Shown: positions 1 to 12,611 of the stretch, piece by piece
How the letters are laid out: each line of letters opens with the position of its first letter
Numbering within the stretch: position 1 is the first letter of the stretch
Assembly: GCF_006345805.1 (NCBI RefSeq)
Contig: NC_043000.1
Span: 109,244,063-109,308,000, forward strand
Origin: Octopus sinensis
Lineage: Eukaryota
Length of the DNA stretch: 63,938 nt
Reading direction: 5' to 3'
Program-made: the position numbers and the translations under genes
Notes under the pieces: generated by a model
Databases searched by the model: none
Seen by the model: the letters and a program-made list of their open reading frames with translations, nothing else
Told to the model about the DNA's origin: nothing

Positions 1-4
1 GGGC

Positions 5-71
<67 letters not shown>

Positions 72-103
72 ATTATTATTACTTTTTTTTTTTTTTATTA
101 TTA

Positions 104-152
<49 letters not shown>

Positions 153-163
153 ATTATTATTAC

Positions 164-538
164 TTTTTTTTTCTTCTTTCAAATTTGCTTCCATTTCTTG
201 CCGAGTGTCTTCCCGACTCCTAGGGCAAAGAAACTCATCTCAATAGTTCGTTCATTTTTTTTTTTTTTTAAAGTTAAATTAAAATACATGGGTAGTAATA
301 ATTCTCACATCGACAATGCTCTTCTCAATACGTGTGATGTACCAGTTAAGACAATCTTTTGCACTTCTTGCAGGGATGGTAAGCCAGGGATCATTCTCAT
401 ATAATTTTCGGTTCCCTTCTTGATCATTCCTAGTGCTCCTACGATCACTGGTATTGTAACCGCCTTGAGATGCCACATTTTCTCAATTTCAATGAGCAGG
501 TCTTTATATTTTCTGAGCTTGTCAAATTCTTTCGCCAT
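164..538 (-). mobile_element. 5'-truncated R4/Dong-like non-LTR retrotransposon (C-terminal restriction-like endonuclease end, 3' UTR, A-tail) within (TAA)n
   Basis: Minus ORF 305-538 reads KYKDLLIEIEKMWHLKAVTIPVIVGALG...LRRALSM*, the K-Y-x-x-L...W...P-V-x-G-A-L-G end of R2/R4-type RLE proteins. A 3' UTR and A-run follow, and both ends abut (ATT)n. Confidence 0.85.
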
Positions 539-558
539 TATTATTATTATTATTATTA

Positions 559-608
<50 letters not shown>

Positions 609-609
<1 letters not shown>

Positions 610-850
610 GGCGGCGAGCTGGAAGAAACGTTAGCGTGCCAGGCGAAATGCGTAGCTGCATTTCGTCTACCGTTACGTTCTGAGTTCAAATTCCGCCGAG
701 GTCGACTTTGCCTTTCATCCTTTCGGGGTCGATAAATTAAGTACCAATTACGCACTGCGGTCGATATAATCGACTTAATCCGTCTGTCTGTCCTTGTTTG
801 TCCTCTCTGTGTTTAGCCCCTTGTGGGTAGTAAAGAAATAGATATTTCAC
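609..850 (+). mobile_element. tRNA-derived SINE with Nin-like central domain, near full length
   Basis: B-box-like GAGTTCAAATTCC followed by GCCTTTCATCCTTTCGGGGTCGATAAATTAAGTACCA. This core recurs more than 15 times in the window. Confidence 0.75.
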
Positions 851-857
851 CCATCAC

Positions 858-1005
858 TACGTTCTGAGTTCAAATTCTGCCAAGGTCGACTTTATCTTTC
901 ACCCTTTCGGGGTTGATAAATTAAAAACCAGCGAAACACTGAGGTTGATATAATATACTTAATCCCCTCCCCCAATCTGCCCTTGTGGAAAAATTTTGAA
1001 ATCAT
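858..1005 (+). mobile_element. Partial copy of the Nin-like SINE
   Basis: ACGTTCTGAGTTCAAATTCTGCCAAGGTCGACTTT...CCTTTCGGGGTTGATAAATTAA matches 666-750. Confidence 0.7.
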
Positions 1006-1026
1006 TATTATTATTATTATTATTAT

Positions 1027-1312
1027 TTTCTTTTTTTCTTCTTTCAAATTTTCTTCCATTTCTTGCCGAGTGTCTTCCCGACTCCTAGGGCAAAGAAACT
1101 CATAGTGTATATTGGTAGGCCATTAAACCAAACTCAGTAGTTCGTTCATTTTTTTTTTTTTTTTTTTTTTTAAAGTTAAATTAAAATGCATGAGCAGCAA
1201 CAGTTCTCACATCGACAATGCTCTTCTCAATACGTGTGATGTACCAGTTAAGACAATCTTTTGCACTTCTTGCAGGGATGGTAAGCCAGGGATCATTCTC
1301 ATATAATTTTCG

Positions 1313-1314
<2 letters not shown>
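1027..1314 (-). mobile_element. Second, shorter 5'-truncated copy of the same R4/Dong-like element
   Basis: TENYMRMIPGLPSLQEVQKIVLTGTSHVLRRALSM* is identical to the 164-538 copy. The 3' UTR is shared apart from an extra ~30 bp, and the copy is flanked by (ATT)n on both sides. Confidence 0.85.
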
Positions 1315-1353
<39 letters not shown>

Positions 1354-1913
1354 GAGTGAGCGAGCAGAGCATGTCATCAAAGTGACACTGGGGTAAAATA
1401 TACGAAGCCCAGTATACCCATCATGACTACCCGTCTGATAAGGGTACACCAGGCACATGCATCACAACCATATGTGCGCGACATGGTGATCTCATATCAA
1501 GATAAACAGCACATGACCTTGCAGGTGGAGCCCAGTTAGAATTTTCTTCAGATCGAGTAACCCATCCCGCTCAAAAGGTCCCTGAATAAGGGTTGTGTTA
1601 AGGACGTTGAACGAAAACACCATGTTTCCAGAGGTGAATTATTCAAACCCCAAAGAATCCTTCTCAACACATGGCTATGATGCTCCCCCACTACTTCTGC
1701 TCGTGATCAGAGATGCACATATCGTCAGCCACTAAGGGACATGCTCAACTGGTTAAGGTCAAACAACTGACAAGCAATCTGTGGTATTGAGCAGAATATT
1801 TGCTGTAGCCCATCTTTTATACCAAGACAAAACAATGTACATGATAACACTTCCAATCAGTTAAGATCAGAAGCCATGAGAGCCACTGCCTGGTACTACT
1901 GCATCAGGGCATT
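1354..1913. mobile_element. ~560-bp non-coding interspersed repeat embedded in (ATT)n; family not identified
   Basis: Complex sequence with sharp boundaries against (ATT)n on both sides. Its right end GGGCATTT(ATT)n is repeated at window positions 1-8 onward, implying another copy just upstream. Confidence 0.6.
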
Positions 1914-1999
1914 TATTATTATTATTATTATTATATTATTATTATTATTATTATATTATTAATATTATTATTATTATTATTATTATTATATTATTATTA

Positions 2000-2032
<33 letters not shown>

Positions 2033-2059
2033 CATTATTATATATTATTATTATGGTGA

Positions 2060-3290
2060 AGTTACGAAGAGAAATGGCAATGAATTTGCAGGAGTTCGAT
2101 AAAATTCCTTGCAATGTTTCTTTCGAACCTTTACTTTCTGAGTTCAAATCTTGCTGAAATCAACTTTACCTTTCATGATCGATATATTAAGGACGGCTCA
2201 AGAACTGGGATCAATGTAACCGACTCCCTTTCCCACTTAGAAATACGGCCCCTGCGTCAAAATTTAGTCGCCGAGTCGACTTTATTTTTTATCGTTTCAG
2301 GGTGTATAAGTACCACTTGGACATCAGGGTCAATGTAATCGAGTAACTCCTCTCCCCTGAAAGTACTGATCTTGTGCCAAAAGTTGAAATCAATATTCTT
2401 TTCTACTCTAAGCACAAGGCCCGAAATTTTGGAGAAGCGGGGCCAGTCGATTAGATCAACCCCAGTACGCAACTGGCACTTAATTTATCGACCCCGAAAG
2501 ATTGAAAGGCAAAGCTGACCTCAGTGGAATTTGAACTCAGAATATAAAAACAGACGAAATACCTATTTCTTTACTACCCACAAGGGGCTAAACACAGAGA
2601 GGACAAACAAGGACAGACAAAGGGATTAAGTCGATTATATCGACCCCAGTGCGTAACTGGTACTTATTTAATCGACTCCGAAAGGATGAAAGGCGAAGTC
2701 GACCTCGGCGGAATTTGAACTCAGAACATAACGGCAGACGAAATACCGCAAAGCATTTCGCCCGGCGTACTAACGTTTTTGCCACCTCACTACCCTGACC
2801 TTTCGTAATATTGGTTTCAAGTATAAGTTGCGTACTGGTGTCGATCAAATCGACTGGACCCCTCCCCCCAAATTTCGGGCCTTGTGTCTAGAGTAGAAAA
2901 AAAATCGTTATCACGTCCGTTTTTATATTGTGAGTTCAAATTCTGCGAGGGTCAACTTGGCCTTTTATGCTTTCAGGATGGATAGAATAAACAGCAGCTG
3001 AGTAGTACGGTCGGAACTATCGACTTCCTCCCCGTCTCTCAAAAATTGCTGGCCTTGTGCCAAACTTTGAGGTATTATTATTATGAAAGATAGGTAGGTG
3101 GCAAACTGCTTCGACAGGTAAATAAGAGGCTACGCGTTATCTGTTACGACTCTTTAGGTCGTGAGTTCAAGTTGTGCAAAAGTAAAATTTGCTGTTTATC
3201 CTCCAGGACGATGAAATAAGATTCAAAGAGAGGAGTCGATGGTATCCACCCCTGCCCTTCCCCTCAAAATTGCTAACCTTGTTTCTTATT
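2060..3290. mobile_element. Stack of about 7 Nin-like SINE copies in both orientations (near-full minus copy at 2557-2795)
   Basis: Repeated GAGTTCAA(A)T..., GTCGAC(T/C)TT and GATAAA..AAGTAC motifs or their reverse complements at about 2140, 2280, 2490, 2690, 2930 and 3165. Confidence 0.75.
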
Positions 3291-4324
3291 CAGCATAATT
3301 CTTATGCTATAATATACACACCTGGATTTCGGTGTTGTTTTTACAAGATTTTATTGCTTTATCGATTTTATGTTATTTGTAGAGTTTTATTGTTGTTGTT
3401 GTTGTTGTTGTTGATGATGCTGGCACAGTTTTGTTAATGCTTTTATTTATTATTGCTATTTGTGTTTTATTCTTGTGGTTTGTATTGTATATTTTTTCAC
3501 TTTGTAACTGTTGGTTCTGTGGTGTCTATTGTTGTTCTTCATGTTGCGATAATATATTCCCGAGATACAGACCTAAACACACACCATAATCACCCGACAC
3601 ACATATCACGCAACCACTCCACACACACACACACACTCACACACATAATACAGTTACACACACAACAAAACTCACACACAAGCAATCACACACACGCACA
3701 CACACACATACACCACTCAGCCAGTTACATACATACACAAATAAAAACATCAAAAATATCAGCAAAAACACAGAAACAAATAATAAATATCGAATAAAAA
3801 CAACCTTTGGTGAGCCACCAACCACGAGATCAATAATAGATCACGTATTATTACACATTAGCGTTCGATCTTGTGCCAAATGCATCTAATATTTAGAATA
3901 TTTGTTTGTTATTCCTAGAACAAAATACATGCCTCAGTATCTCACCCACAACACATACATGCGCACGCATACCTATTCGTATACATACGGACATAAATAC
4001 ATACATATACACACACACACACACACACATACATACATACATACATACATACATACATACATACATACATACATACATACATACATGTGTGTATGTGTGT
4101 ATGAATGTATGTGCGTATGTATGTATCTATGTATGCATGTATATTCCATAGTGTTGTCACTGTAATTTTCTGTAGAATGCAAATTGAAGTGACTGTGAAA
4201 ATGGTGGGTTGGTGAGGGAGGTGTTTTTGCCTTGGCGAATCAAGCAACGTTTTAGTGGGAAATTACATGACAGAGATTTTCCAAGTACTAGAATATAGGG
4301 GAAAAGTGGGACAAAGAAATATAA

Positions 4325-4402
<78 letters not shown>

Positions 4403-4614
4403 AGTGAGAGAGAGATAGAGAGAGAGAGATACAGACAGAGGCAGGGAAAGATGCGACGAAAATATTTTGACAAATTAAACTTAAATGTTGAAGGGAATCG
4501 AACGGCTTTTGTGTGTTTCTTAAATGGCTTACAAACACCTTCCACGCTGCAATTGTTTTCGTTCCAGCACACGATCTCAGATCAAATCACTTGCTATGCG
4601 AGTACATCTCGGTA

Positions 4615-4671
<57 letters not shown>

Positions 4672-4673
<2 letters not shown>

Positions 4674-4830
4674 CTTATAAACAAGGGCAAAAGAAAAAAT
4701 TTCTAATGCCAAAATTGCCGAAAACTAGACACAACGTCCATAACCATATAAATTTAACCATTAAAAGTATTTTTTTAATATGCTGGGCATTGATAAAATA
4801 TTTTTTCGAAAATATTTTATCCTATATTAG
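4672..4830. repeat. Fragment of an AT-rich interspersed repeat also present at 47323-47670 (probable PLE pseudo-LTR)
   Basis: AACTTATAAACAAGGGCAAAAGAAAA...TCTAATGCCAAA and TATTTTTTTAATATGCTGG..CATTGATA...TTATCCTATATTAGAT are shared with the 47.3-47.7 kb copy. Confidence 0.7.
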
Positions 4831-5039
4831 ATATATATATATGGTTTATTATTTATATATAAATATAAAAAATGGAACAAAAACGCAATAGAGGACAATA
4901 AAGCATTCGGACAGAAGGGCAGACAGGAGAAACAACAATTAGAAGGACAAACAAAAAAAGACGGGCCATTAGTGGCCTTCTTTCCTCAGTCAAGTATACC
5001 AGCAGTATTATTATATACATACATACATATATATTATAT

Positions 5040-5114
<75 letters not shown>

Positions 5115-5164
5115 CTTTGATACTTTGATAGGTTTCGGCCATTATTGGCCCAGGCACGTCTAAC

Positions 5165-5785
5165 TTAATAGCACCACCTGGTGAAGTCTTTCAAGTCAGA
5201 ATTTGGGCACTATGGCCCACTCAAGTAGAGAGTTATTGTTTACAGAGACATATCCGGGTGTAGGGGGTTTATCCGGGATTTCTTGAAGGAATCTGTCAAA
5301 GACTTCTTGAACCCTATATGGTCATTCTGTTTTAATGTGTTTTGGTGTAATGTTAAAGAGAGCGGGGCCAATTGAGGTGAAATAATTGTGCGTATTGTTG
5401 TTATGAGATGAGAGTGCGATTTTTGTTTTGGGCGGATGGCACGGGGGCCAAGCCTTGGATGTACCTTAAAGGTGATGCCAACATCATTTGGGCAATGCTG
5501 ATGGAATATTTTCCACATCATGCAGATGATGTAGCGCTCACGACGACGTTGGAGAGAATAGAGTTTTAGCTTTTCTAGTCGTCCCCAATAGTCGAGGCCT
5601 GTCATGCCATCTATCTTTTTTGTGATTGCCCTTTGAGGTGCTTCAACTTTTATGATACCTTGTATTGTGTGGGGAGACCACAGTGGACAACAGTATTCAA
5701 GTGAGGTGGTCGGGCAAAAGTGGAGAAGAAGAAGGATAATGGTGTGGATATCTCTCGATGGAAAGTTCTGAGAATCCAGGAACAC
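5165..5785 (-). mobile_element. CR1/L2-group LINE 3' fragment (end of RT domain, C-terminus, 3' UTR), frameshifted
   Basis: SWILRTF...LEYCCPLWSP...QRAITKKIDGMTGLDYWGRLEKLKLYSLQRRRERY is the typical CR1-group post-RT motif. (TA)n lies near both ends. Confidence 0.85.
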
Positions 5786-5819
<34 letters not shown>

Positions 5820-5925
5820 GTGTGTGTGTATGTGTGGTGTGTGTTACTATATATATACATATATACATTTATATATAAATATAAATATATATATATACAT
5901 AGAAATATATATATATATATAATAG

Positions 5926-5964
<39 letters not shown>

Positions 5965-5983
5965 GAAAGAAAAAAAGAGAAAA

Positions 5984-6036
<53 letters not shown>

Positions 6037-6984
6037 GAAGATAGAGGGAGGAGAGAGAGAGAGGTGAGAGTAATAGGGGGAGTTAAACGACTGCTGGTTA
6101 TGATGAGAAAAGTTCTGAGTTTGATGTCGAGCAATATTTTAGATCAAATGAAGAAGAGAAAATTCCTGCCAAATTCGTTTGAAATATCGATGATTCTGCA
6201 AACCCGTTGAGAGTTTCAAGTGATGAAAACAGTAGATTCGTTTGCCTTAAACCTTTTGGAATTAGCTTATTGATTTTGTTGCTGTTAAGCTCTAGTTTTA
6301 CTCTGTTTGGACAAAGCTGTCCAAGCGATGATCAAAGCTGTCCAAGTGATGGGAACCCCATCGCTTTGTTTTTTTTTCTCTTTTTCAGATATACTATAGT
6401 TCCGACTACAATGTTATGATTTGGATGAAATAGTAACATTTGGGCGACTGGAGCGGACGCTAGATGAGAGCCAGTGTATTAGTGTTAATACCCGAAAACT
6501 TCTAACGCCCATCAGAAATTTCCACATCAGTAATGATATTGACTGCTTAAGCTGAAACGAAAACTTAGAGACACAAGTTATAGCCATTCAGAGAGCATTT
6601 TGAATGTTACAACAGAAAACTTCTATAGTTTCCATAAACTTCGTTGTGCAACTAAGAATTAATCCCGCAAACATGAGGGAGGTAACAACAGAATAATTGT
6701 AAGAAGCTCGTTGCTAAATCTTACCTGACTTACGATGAGAGATATACAGGAAAGTTTCACAGTTCATCAGAGAACATCAGGCAAAGATGTAGCAGGCATC
6801 ATGAGTAGTTGTCCGAAAATATTGTCACGTTAGTAGCTCCTACTAAGTCATGATGTAGTGGCCAAAACATTATGCATTGGAATCTAGGAATCCGCATAAA
6901 GTGTGGCCCAGCAGATACATTAACTATAATACATAGATGCCTATTTTAATTAAATACTGCCGCAATTGCTTACACCGGATTTTT

Positions 6985-7165
6985 ATCCGTCCATCCATGT
7001 GGCCATTCGTAACACCAGTAAATGCTTTGTTCACTTTTTCTTATATTAGAGACGACGCATTCTCGTCCAAGCATAAGGATGCTTGTGAGTACGCACCAAA
7101 ACGGCCGAAATGCATCTGGCCCTCTCTCGAGTCGCTGCTGGGATGAATTTTCATCTCAATTTGAT
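6985..7165 (-). repeat. Decayed interspersed repeat related to 20320-20445; possible transposon coding remnant
   Basis: Shared GAAATGCATCTGG and GCT(G/T)GTGAGTAC(A/G)C blocks. The minus frames read ..TRERARCISAV.. here and ..PREKTRCISSF.. at 20.4 kb. Confidence 0.4.
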
Positions 7166-7329
7166 ATTTATTGTCTTTTTATTTCAACACAGCAAGTTAA
7201 AGTTCACAAAAGATGTTATCTCAAAACAAATACCGTAGTGACAGTCGTATCGTCAACGTGTATACATTAAATATTTATACATACACGGCTATAAAACAGT
7301 CTTGTTTATAAGAGAATACTAGCGAACTG

Positions 7330-7930
7330 TTCCGGTCAATGCCTCCGTAAAATGCAGGCACAACAGGACAGACAACATTTTCTGTGACAGAGAAGAAAAA
7401 GTGTGCACCGTAGTAAAAATAAGTTGTCTGACAGACATTTTTCTAATGCTAAAAATGAAAGAACAAGAAAGCCTGTTTACTGAGCTCATGAGAAACCTAC
7501 AGATACGCGGACCCGGAATATTCTCAGAACCAAATTTATCGCTAAGGTTACTGGGATATTTGTTTATGTAATTAAGTACCTCAACAACAGTCTTGACAAA
7601 CGAGACCAACAGAAAGAGAACAAGGAAATCGCATCTTCAAGCTACGAGTGGATTTGTGAAAATAACTAAAGTTAGTCTGCAATATATATACATATCTTTT
7701 ATCCCCCCTCAATCTCCAGATCTTAATATTATTGAGCGTCTGCGGTGCATCTTGGAGCGACGAAACAGAAGTCGTTACCCGCTACCGCCGTGTGTGCAAC
7801 AACTGGAGCAGGTTTTGCGGGAAGAATAACTTCAGATTCCTCCCAATCTTTTGTTTCAGTCATTGGATGGTTTTACTCGAAGGAATCGATCCCAGTACTT
7901 TTTTTAAGGTCTAGTACTTTTTTTATTGGT
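7330..7930 (+). mobile_element. Tc1-like transposase remnant with internal deletion
   Basis: PPQSPDLNIIERLRCILERR...QQLEQVLREE*LQIP matches the Tc1 WPxQSPDLNxIE motif. Upstream IAKVT...LNNSL resembles the Tc1 DNA-binding region. Confidence 0.75.
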
Positions 7931-8289
7931 CTGTTATGCCGAACCACGTTAAGTTGCGGGGACATAAAAAAACCAATACATAGTGGGATACAAACACACA
8001 CACACACACACATGCGTTCATTGTTGCCGAAAGAAGAGGGTCAATCCACATTCCACATTTTGGTAGTTTTTCTCCAAACGAAATTTTATATTTTAATTCA
8101 CTTGAAGAAAACGTTTCATCACTATGAAGCGCGTCTGAAACAATCCCTTAAAAGATTTACGATTTACCATCTTAAGTTTTATATATATATATATATAAGT
8201 CTCGTTCTTTGTGTGTGTGTGTGTGTGTGTGTAAAAGATTATAATGGCCGTATTTTTCAAATGATGGCGCTGAAATTTTACGCATAGGT

Positions 8290-8861
8290 AAAAGACGTCA
8301 CAGTAGGTGCATCAGTGTCCTGGCGCAAGTGGTCAGGGCTTTTGCGACGAAATCTCTTCCTGAATTACCTCAAAACCTCCACAAAGCACTCCTTGTTGAC
8401 CGTCTTGTCAGAGGAATCCTAGTGGATATAGATGATGTCCTTGATGTCGAAAGAAAAAACGGATCGTCATGAGCTTCCTAGTGGACTTGTTTTAGCTGGC
8501 TTCTCGTGCCAGCGGAAAACAGATACTCGGCTCATACAAGTTCGTCCATGAGCAGTCCGGAGCCTTCCAGAAGTTTCTGTTGCGCTTATACCCAGTTCAA
8601 CACAGGAGTGTATAGCATAGCCAGCTTCGAACGTCCCGACTGCATTCTACAAACTAATCATCTGTGAGAAGCTGTGCTCAGTAGGACTTGTTCAAAGTGT
8701 TATTACAAACGTCTCCCTCTATCTGGGATAACAAAAATTGGCGGGTCAGCTTCTTAAATGTAAAATAATAATAATAGACTAAAATTACAATAATCTCGAA
8801 CAGTTATGACTGCCTCTATGAAAAAAAAAAAGGTCTCAAAACTTCTGGAACATACCTCGTA
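8290..8861 (-). mobile_element. mariner-like element remnant with 5' TIR
   Basis: Minus translation gives ELGISATETSGRLRTAHGRTCMSRVSVFRWH (HTH) and KLMTIRFFFDIKDII...TVNKECFVEVLR*FRKRFRRK (catalytic region). A TIR-like TACGAGGTATGTTCCAGAAGTTTTGAGACC lies at 8832-8861 on the minus strand. Confidence 0.8.
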
Positions 8862-9423
8862 CAGTAGGTTACCCTTTAAACTTCCCTGCAGTTTCCTTTT
8901 CGACAATCTACTTTCTTAGTACAAGCAATGCTAAGGTCAACTTTGACAGTTTTTCTTTCAAATCTTCGCATGCTGTGATCAAATCCTGCTGAGATAAATT
9001 TTGCCTTTACATGACAACATCCGACGGGATTTACTATTTTCTTTCGACTTTTTACTTTCTAAATTAAAATCCTTTTCAAATTAGTTTTGCTTTTCCCGGC
9101 TGGGCCGATAAAAGAAATTACCAATGAGAAACTGGTGTCTATTTCATCGACTAGTCTCTCCTCAACAACTCTGGAGTCTTGTGTCTGCAGAAGAAATTTA
9201 CGACAAAGCATTGGCAGATGACCACAACATTTGGGGTGCTTCACGTAAACCGACGCCGCTATTTCACTACAGTCTACCAAAATTCACAGACTAAACAATA
9301 ATAAATAAAATACAAACCTAGATACGTAAATATTATATATGTGTGTGTGTGTGTGTGTGTGTACATGTACTAAAGATGTGTGTGTGTGCGTGCGTTTGTG
9401 TGTGTGTGTGTGTGTGTGCGTGC

Positions 9424-9457
<34 letters not shown>

Positions 9458-9719
9458 ATTCCCTTTATGAAAGTGAAACTCACTGCACTCATATTGTTGA
9501 TCCATGTTCTTATTTCAATTACAAGAATGAATGTTAACTTTACTATAAATTAATGTATATGAATACCAAACAAACACACATGTACACACTCATTCAGAAC
9601 TACAGACACAGACAAATGTATACATGTAATGAGGTATAATATTGTTAACGAGGCTTTCGTTTCCACTGTGAGTGGGAGGTTGTTTAAGTACTTATGTGTC
9701 TATGCGTGCATACATATAC

Positions 9720-9752
<33 letters not shown>

Positions 9753-11044
9753 CACATATCATGTGTGTGTGTGCATACGTATGTATATATATATATATTC
9801 ATATGATATCAAATACATATTTGTATGTGTGTGTATGTGTGTGTATATGTATGCGTGTGTGTGTGTGAGAGAGAGAGAGAGTATTTGTGTATATGCGTGT
9901 ATATATATATTCTCATTATATCATCATATTCTTTTCTTATAACAACAATTTAAATAGTGTTTTGATTTAGCGCCAATTGAGATCAAGATTTCATCACCTT
10001 TTGCACCCCGGAACGTTAGAGTTACGCTTCCTCACAAACTCTACCTGGAAAATCATTTTGATTGTGTGAAATTTATATTCCTGCCAACACAAGATAAAAC
10101 TTATCTCCGTACAATAATATGGCTTCTTTTAAAATCGACTACTTTTAATGGTGGTTACTTTAGGGAGGCGATATTAGTGTCGGTGGTGGAGTTCTCTGGA
10201 AAGAAGATACTCCATATGTTCAGTTTTTAAACATTGCACTCGAATCTGTCCGACGGATGGCGCCTTTCTTAGATTTCCCAGCAAGCTAAGTGTTAGAGCT
10301 GACATTTTCGAATTCCAATCGAAACTCATTCTTTTATTCGCCATAAATTTCAGGAATTGTTCGACCGAATGGAGAAATTTTTATATTTAGGCCATTACGT
10401 AATTCCAAAATCACAATAATACATCCTTATAACTGTTACCTTTTTGGCGACATAACCTCGCAGATTTATAGAATTTCTCTCTCTTCTCCAACTCGAGTAG
10501 CCGTGTATCTCCCCTACTGCAAGATATCTGCTTCTGTTCTTCTATTATACTTTAACCTCCCCCACGCCACGCACCAATCTGCCTCCCTCAATATTACTTC
10601 CCATCTCAGTCATGTCTTGGGAATTGCTTGGTGGCCTCCCTAGTGCAGTACCACGTGAAAGGCATTCGTAAAAGGATTGGTGTTAAAGAAATCTATTCGC
10701 AGACACCATGCCGAAGCAGGCATTTTAGCTTGGCATGGTCCTCTAGCTTGTTGGTTCCTGTCGAGCCGTCCAGCCCATAGAGAACGGGCGTTAAATGTTA
10801 ATAATAGTAATGATGATGACATCGGTTCTTAATTAAATTCATAGCAGTACATAACAGGGTAATTGTTATATCTGCCGCACGGTGACAAAAGGAGAAATTG
10901 ATCTAATGTTAGCAAGATTTTCACTTTGTAGGTAAATCGAAAAATTCAATACTGTAATGAATTCCGTGTGAAGTCTTGTTCACGCAGCATCCATCACATC
11001 GATATTTTGAAATATTGATTCCTGACATAAGCAAACGGTTATGA

Positions 11045-11199
11045 ATTTTGCGTGGCTAAGAAGCTCGTTTTGCAACCATATGATTTCAGGTTTGGTCCCA
11101 CTGCGTGGTCCCTTGGGCAAGTATCTTCTACTAAGCTCCCGTTTTGACCAATGCCTTGTGGGTGAATTTGGCAGACGGAAACTCTATGGAAGCTCGTTG

Positions 11200-11200
<1 letters not shown>
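11045..11200 (+). mobile_element. tRNA-derived CORE-type SINE (OR2-like), 5' half
   Basis: TGGCTAAGAAG..GGTTTGGTCCCACTGCGTGGTCCCTTGGGCAAGT: tRNA-like head plus the CORE hallmark CCTTGGGCAAGT. Confidence 0.7.
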
Positions 11201-11232
<32 letters not shown>

Positions 11233-11619
11233 ATGTGTGTGCATGTGTGTGTGTGTGTGTGCGAGCGAGTGAGTGAGAGAGAGAGAGAGAGAGAGAGAGA
11301 TGCACATGAGTGTATATCCGTGCTTTATTCCGAAATAGCTAAACAGCCATGCATCCATGTATCCTGCATCTTGCACGGAAGGCTTGTATAATATTTAGTC
11401 CAACATATACAGAAGTAAACTGGATAAACTTGTAACAGAAAAGGCTCTGCTCTCTGAACCCAAGCTTGAAGAGTTTGAGATTCGTCATGCGTTATGCCCC
11501 CTCCCACGACCACCACCATGAAGAGTTGCAACACAATTAAAAATAAACTACGCGTGGCACTTGGAAAGCGCAATTTTTGCTTTGTGAGAGCCATGAAGGG
11601 AAATGCAATGAAATTGTGT

Positions 11620-11830
11620 GCGCTAGAAACAAGAGACAGTTGTGATGTCTTTATCAGTTTTGCTGGTTGCGTATTTCCCAGAACATGTGATATTCTGGAC
11701 ATTCTGTTGGCCATCTTGGAAACGTTTGAACCACTCGTCCGCACCTGAATCGTTCCATATACTCTTCTCTGTACACTTTCCGAGACTTTGCAAAGGTCCC
11801 TGGTAGGCAGCGTGAACAAGTTATGGGAGA
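11620..11830 (-). mobile_element. mariner transposase N-terminal HTH fragment
   Basis: TFAKSRKVYREEYME, then with a frameshift EWFKRFQDGQQNVQNITCSGKYATSKTDKDITTV, resembling mariner EWFKRFKDGRESVEDDxRSGRPSTS. Confidence 0.6.
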
Positions 11831-12611
11831 GAGGTTCGAAGACAAAGACACACACACACATATATATGTATATATACGACAGGATTCCACACAGTTTCTG
11901 TCAACAAAAATTTACTCACAAGGTATTGGCCGACCGGTTGGTATTGTAGAAGGCCGGTGTGTCGTGTAATGGGATTGAACGTGAAACTTGTAAAGCCAAG
12001 TACTGGGCTCGATTCATTCGAATAAACTTTGCAATACAGTGCCCCAGCATGGGCGCAGTCCAGTGACTGAAAAAGATAAAAGATCAAATGTAAAATGATT
12101 TTAAGTACTTTAATCAGAATGCTGCTTAAGCAAGCTTGGACGCTTAATATATTTGCTTAAATGAAATTGATTGCAGTCCAACACTGACCACTTCAGGGGT
12201 CTTCAATATCTAAAATACATTTTCAGGAAATTTTGAAATGAATGTTGGAAGGAAAAAAGGTAAGTTGTTGTTGTTGTTTTAAGATGAAAGTGTCCCCTCC
12301 ACTTGGGGGGGGGGGTTGATGACATAAATAAAATTATTCTGGATTGACTGAATGAATGTGAGATTAAAGTATTAGATTAGAAAGGAAGACAGACTGACAG
12401 AGAGACAAAGAGAGACAGACAGACGGACAGACGGACAGACAGATACAGAGTGAGAGAGAGGGGGATAGAAAGAGAGAGGTGGGAGGAAGAAAGGGAGGGA
12501 GAGATAGAGGAAGAGACAGAGATGAAAAGAGGGAGTGAGAGAGACAAAAAACACTAAAAAATGGTTCGCTGTTTAGGAGATTCTCCACAGATGTTTTATA
12601 TACGTACACGC

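Noticed and set aside
3453-4247. Many ORFs rich in YI/HT/CV/LS dipeptides here and throughout the window (for example 14394-14894, 20703-21146, 22357-23048, 34397-34798, 41942-42508, 46543-47068)
   Set aside because: They are translations of (TA)n, (TG)n, (TACA)n and (AG)n microsatellites with no domain content.
6400-6800. Possible very old PLE linker/EN remnant
   Set aside because: Only an SYS-like word and loose spacing match; not supportable.
9190-9250. Possible exon EEIYDKALADDHNIWGAS between AG and GT
   Set aside because: The polypyrimidine tract and donor are weak and the peptide is not recognised.
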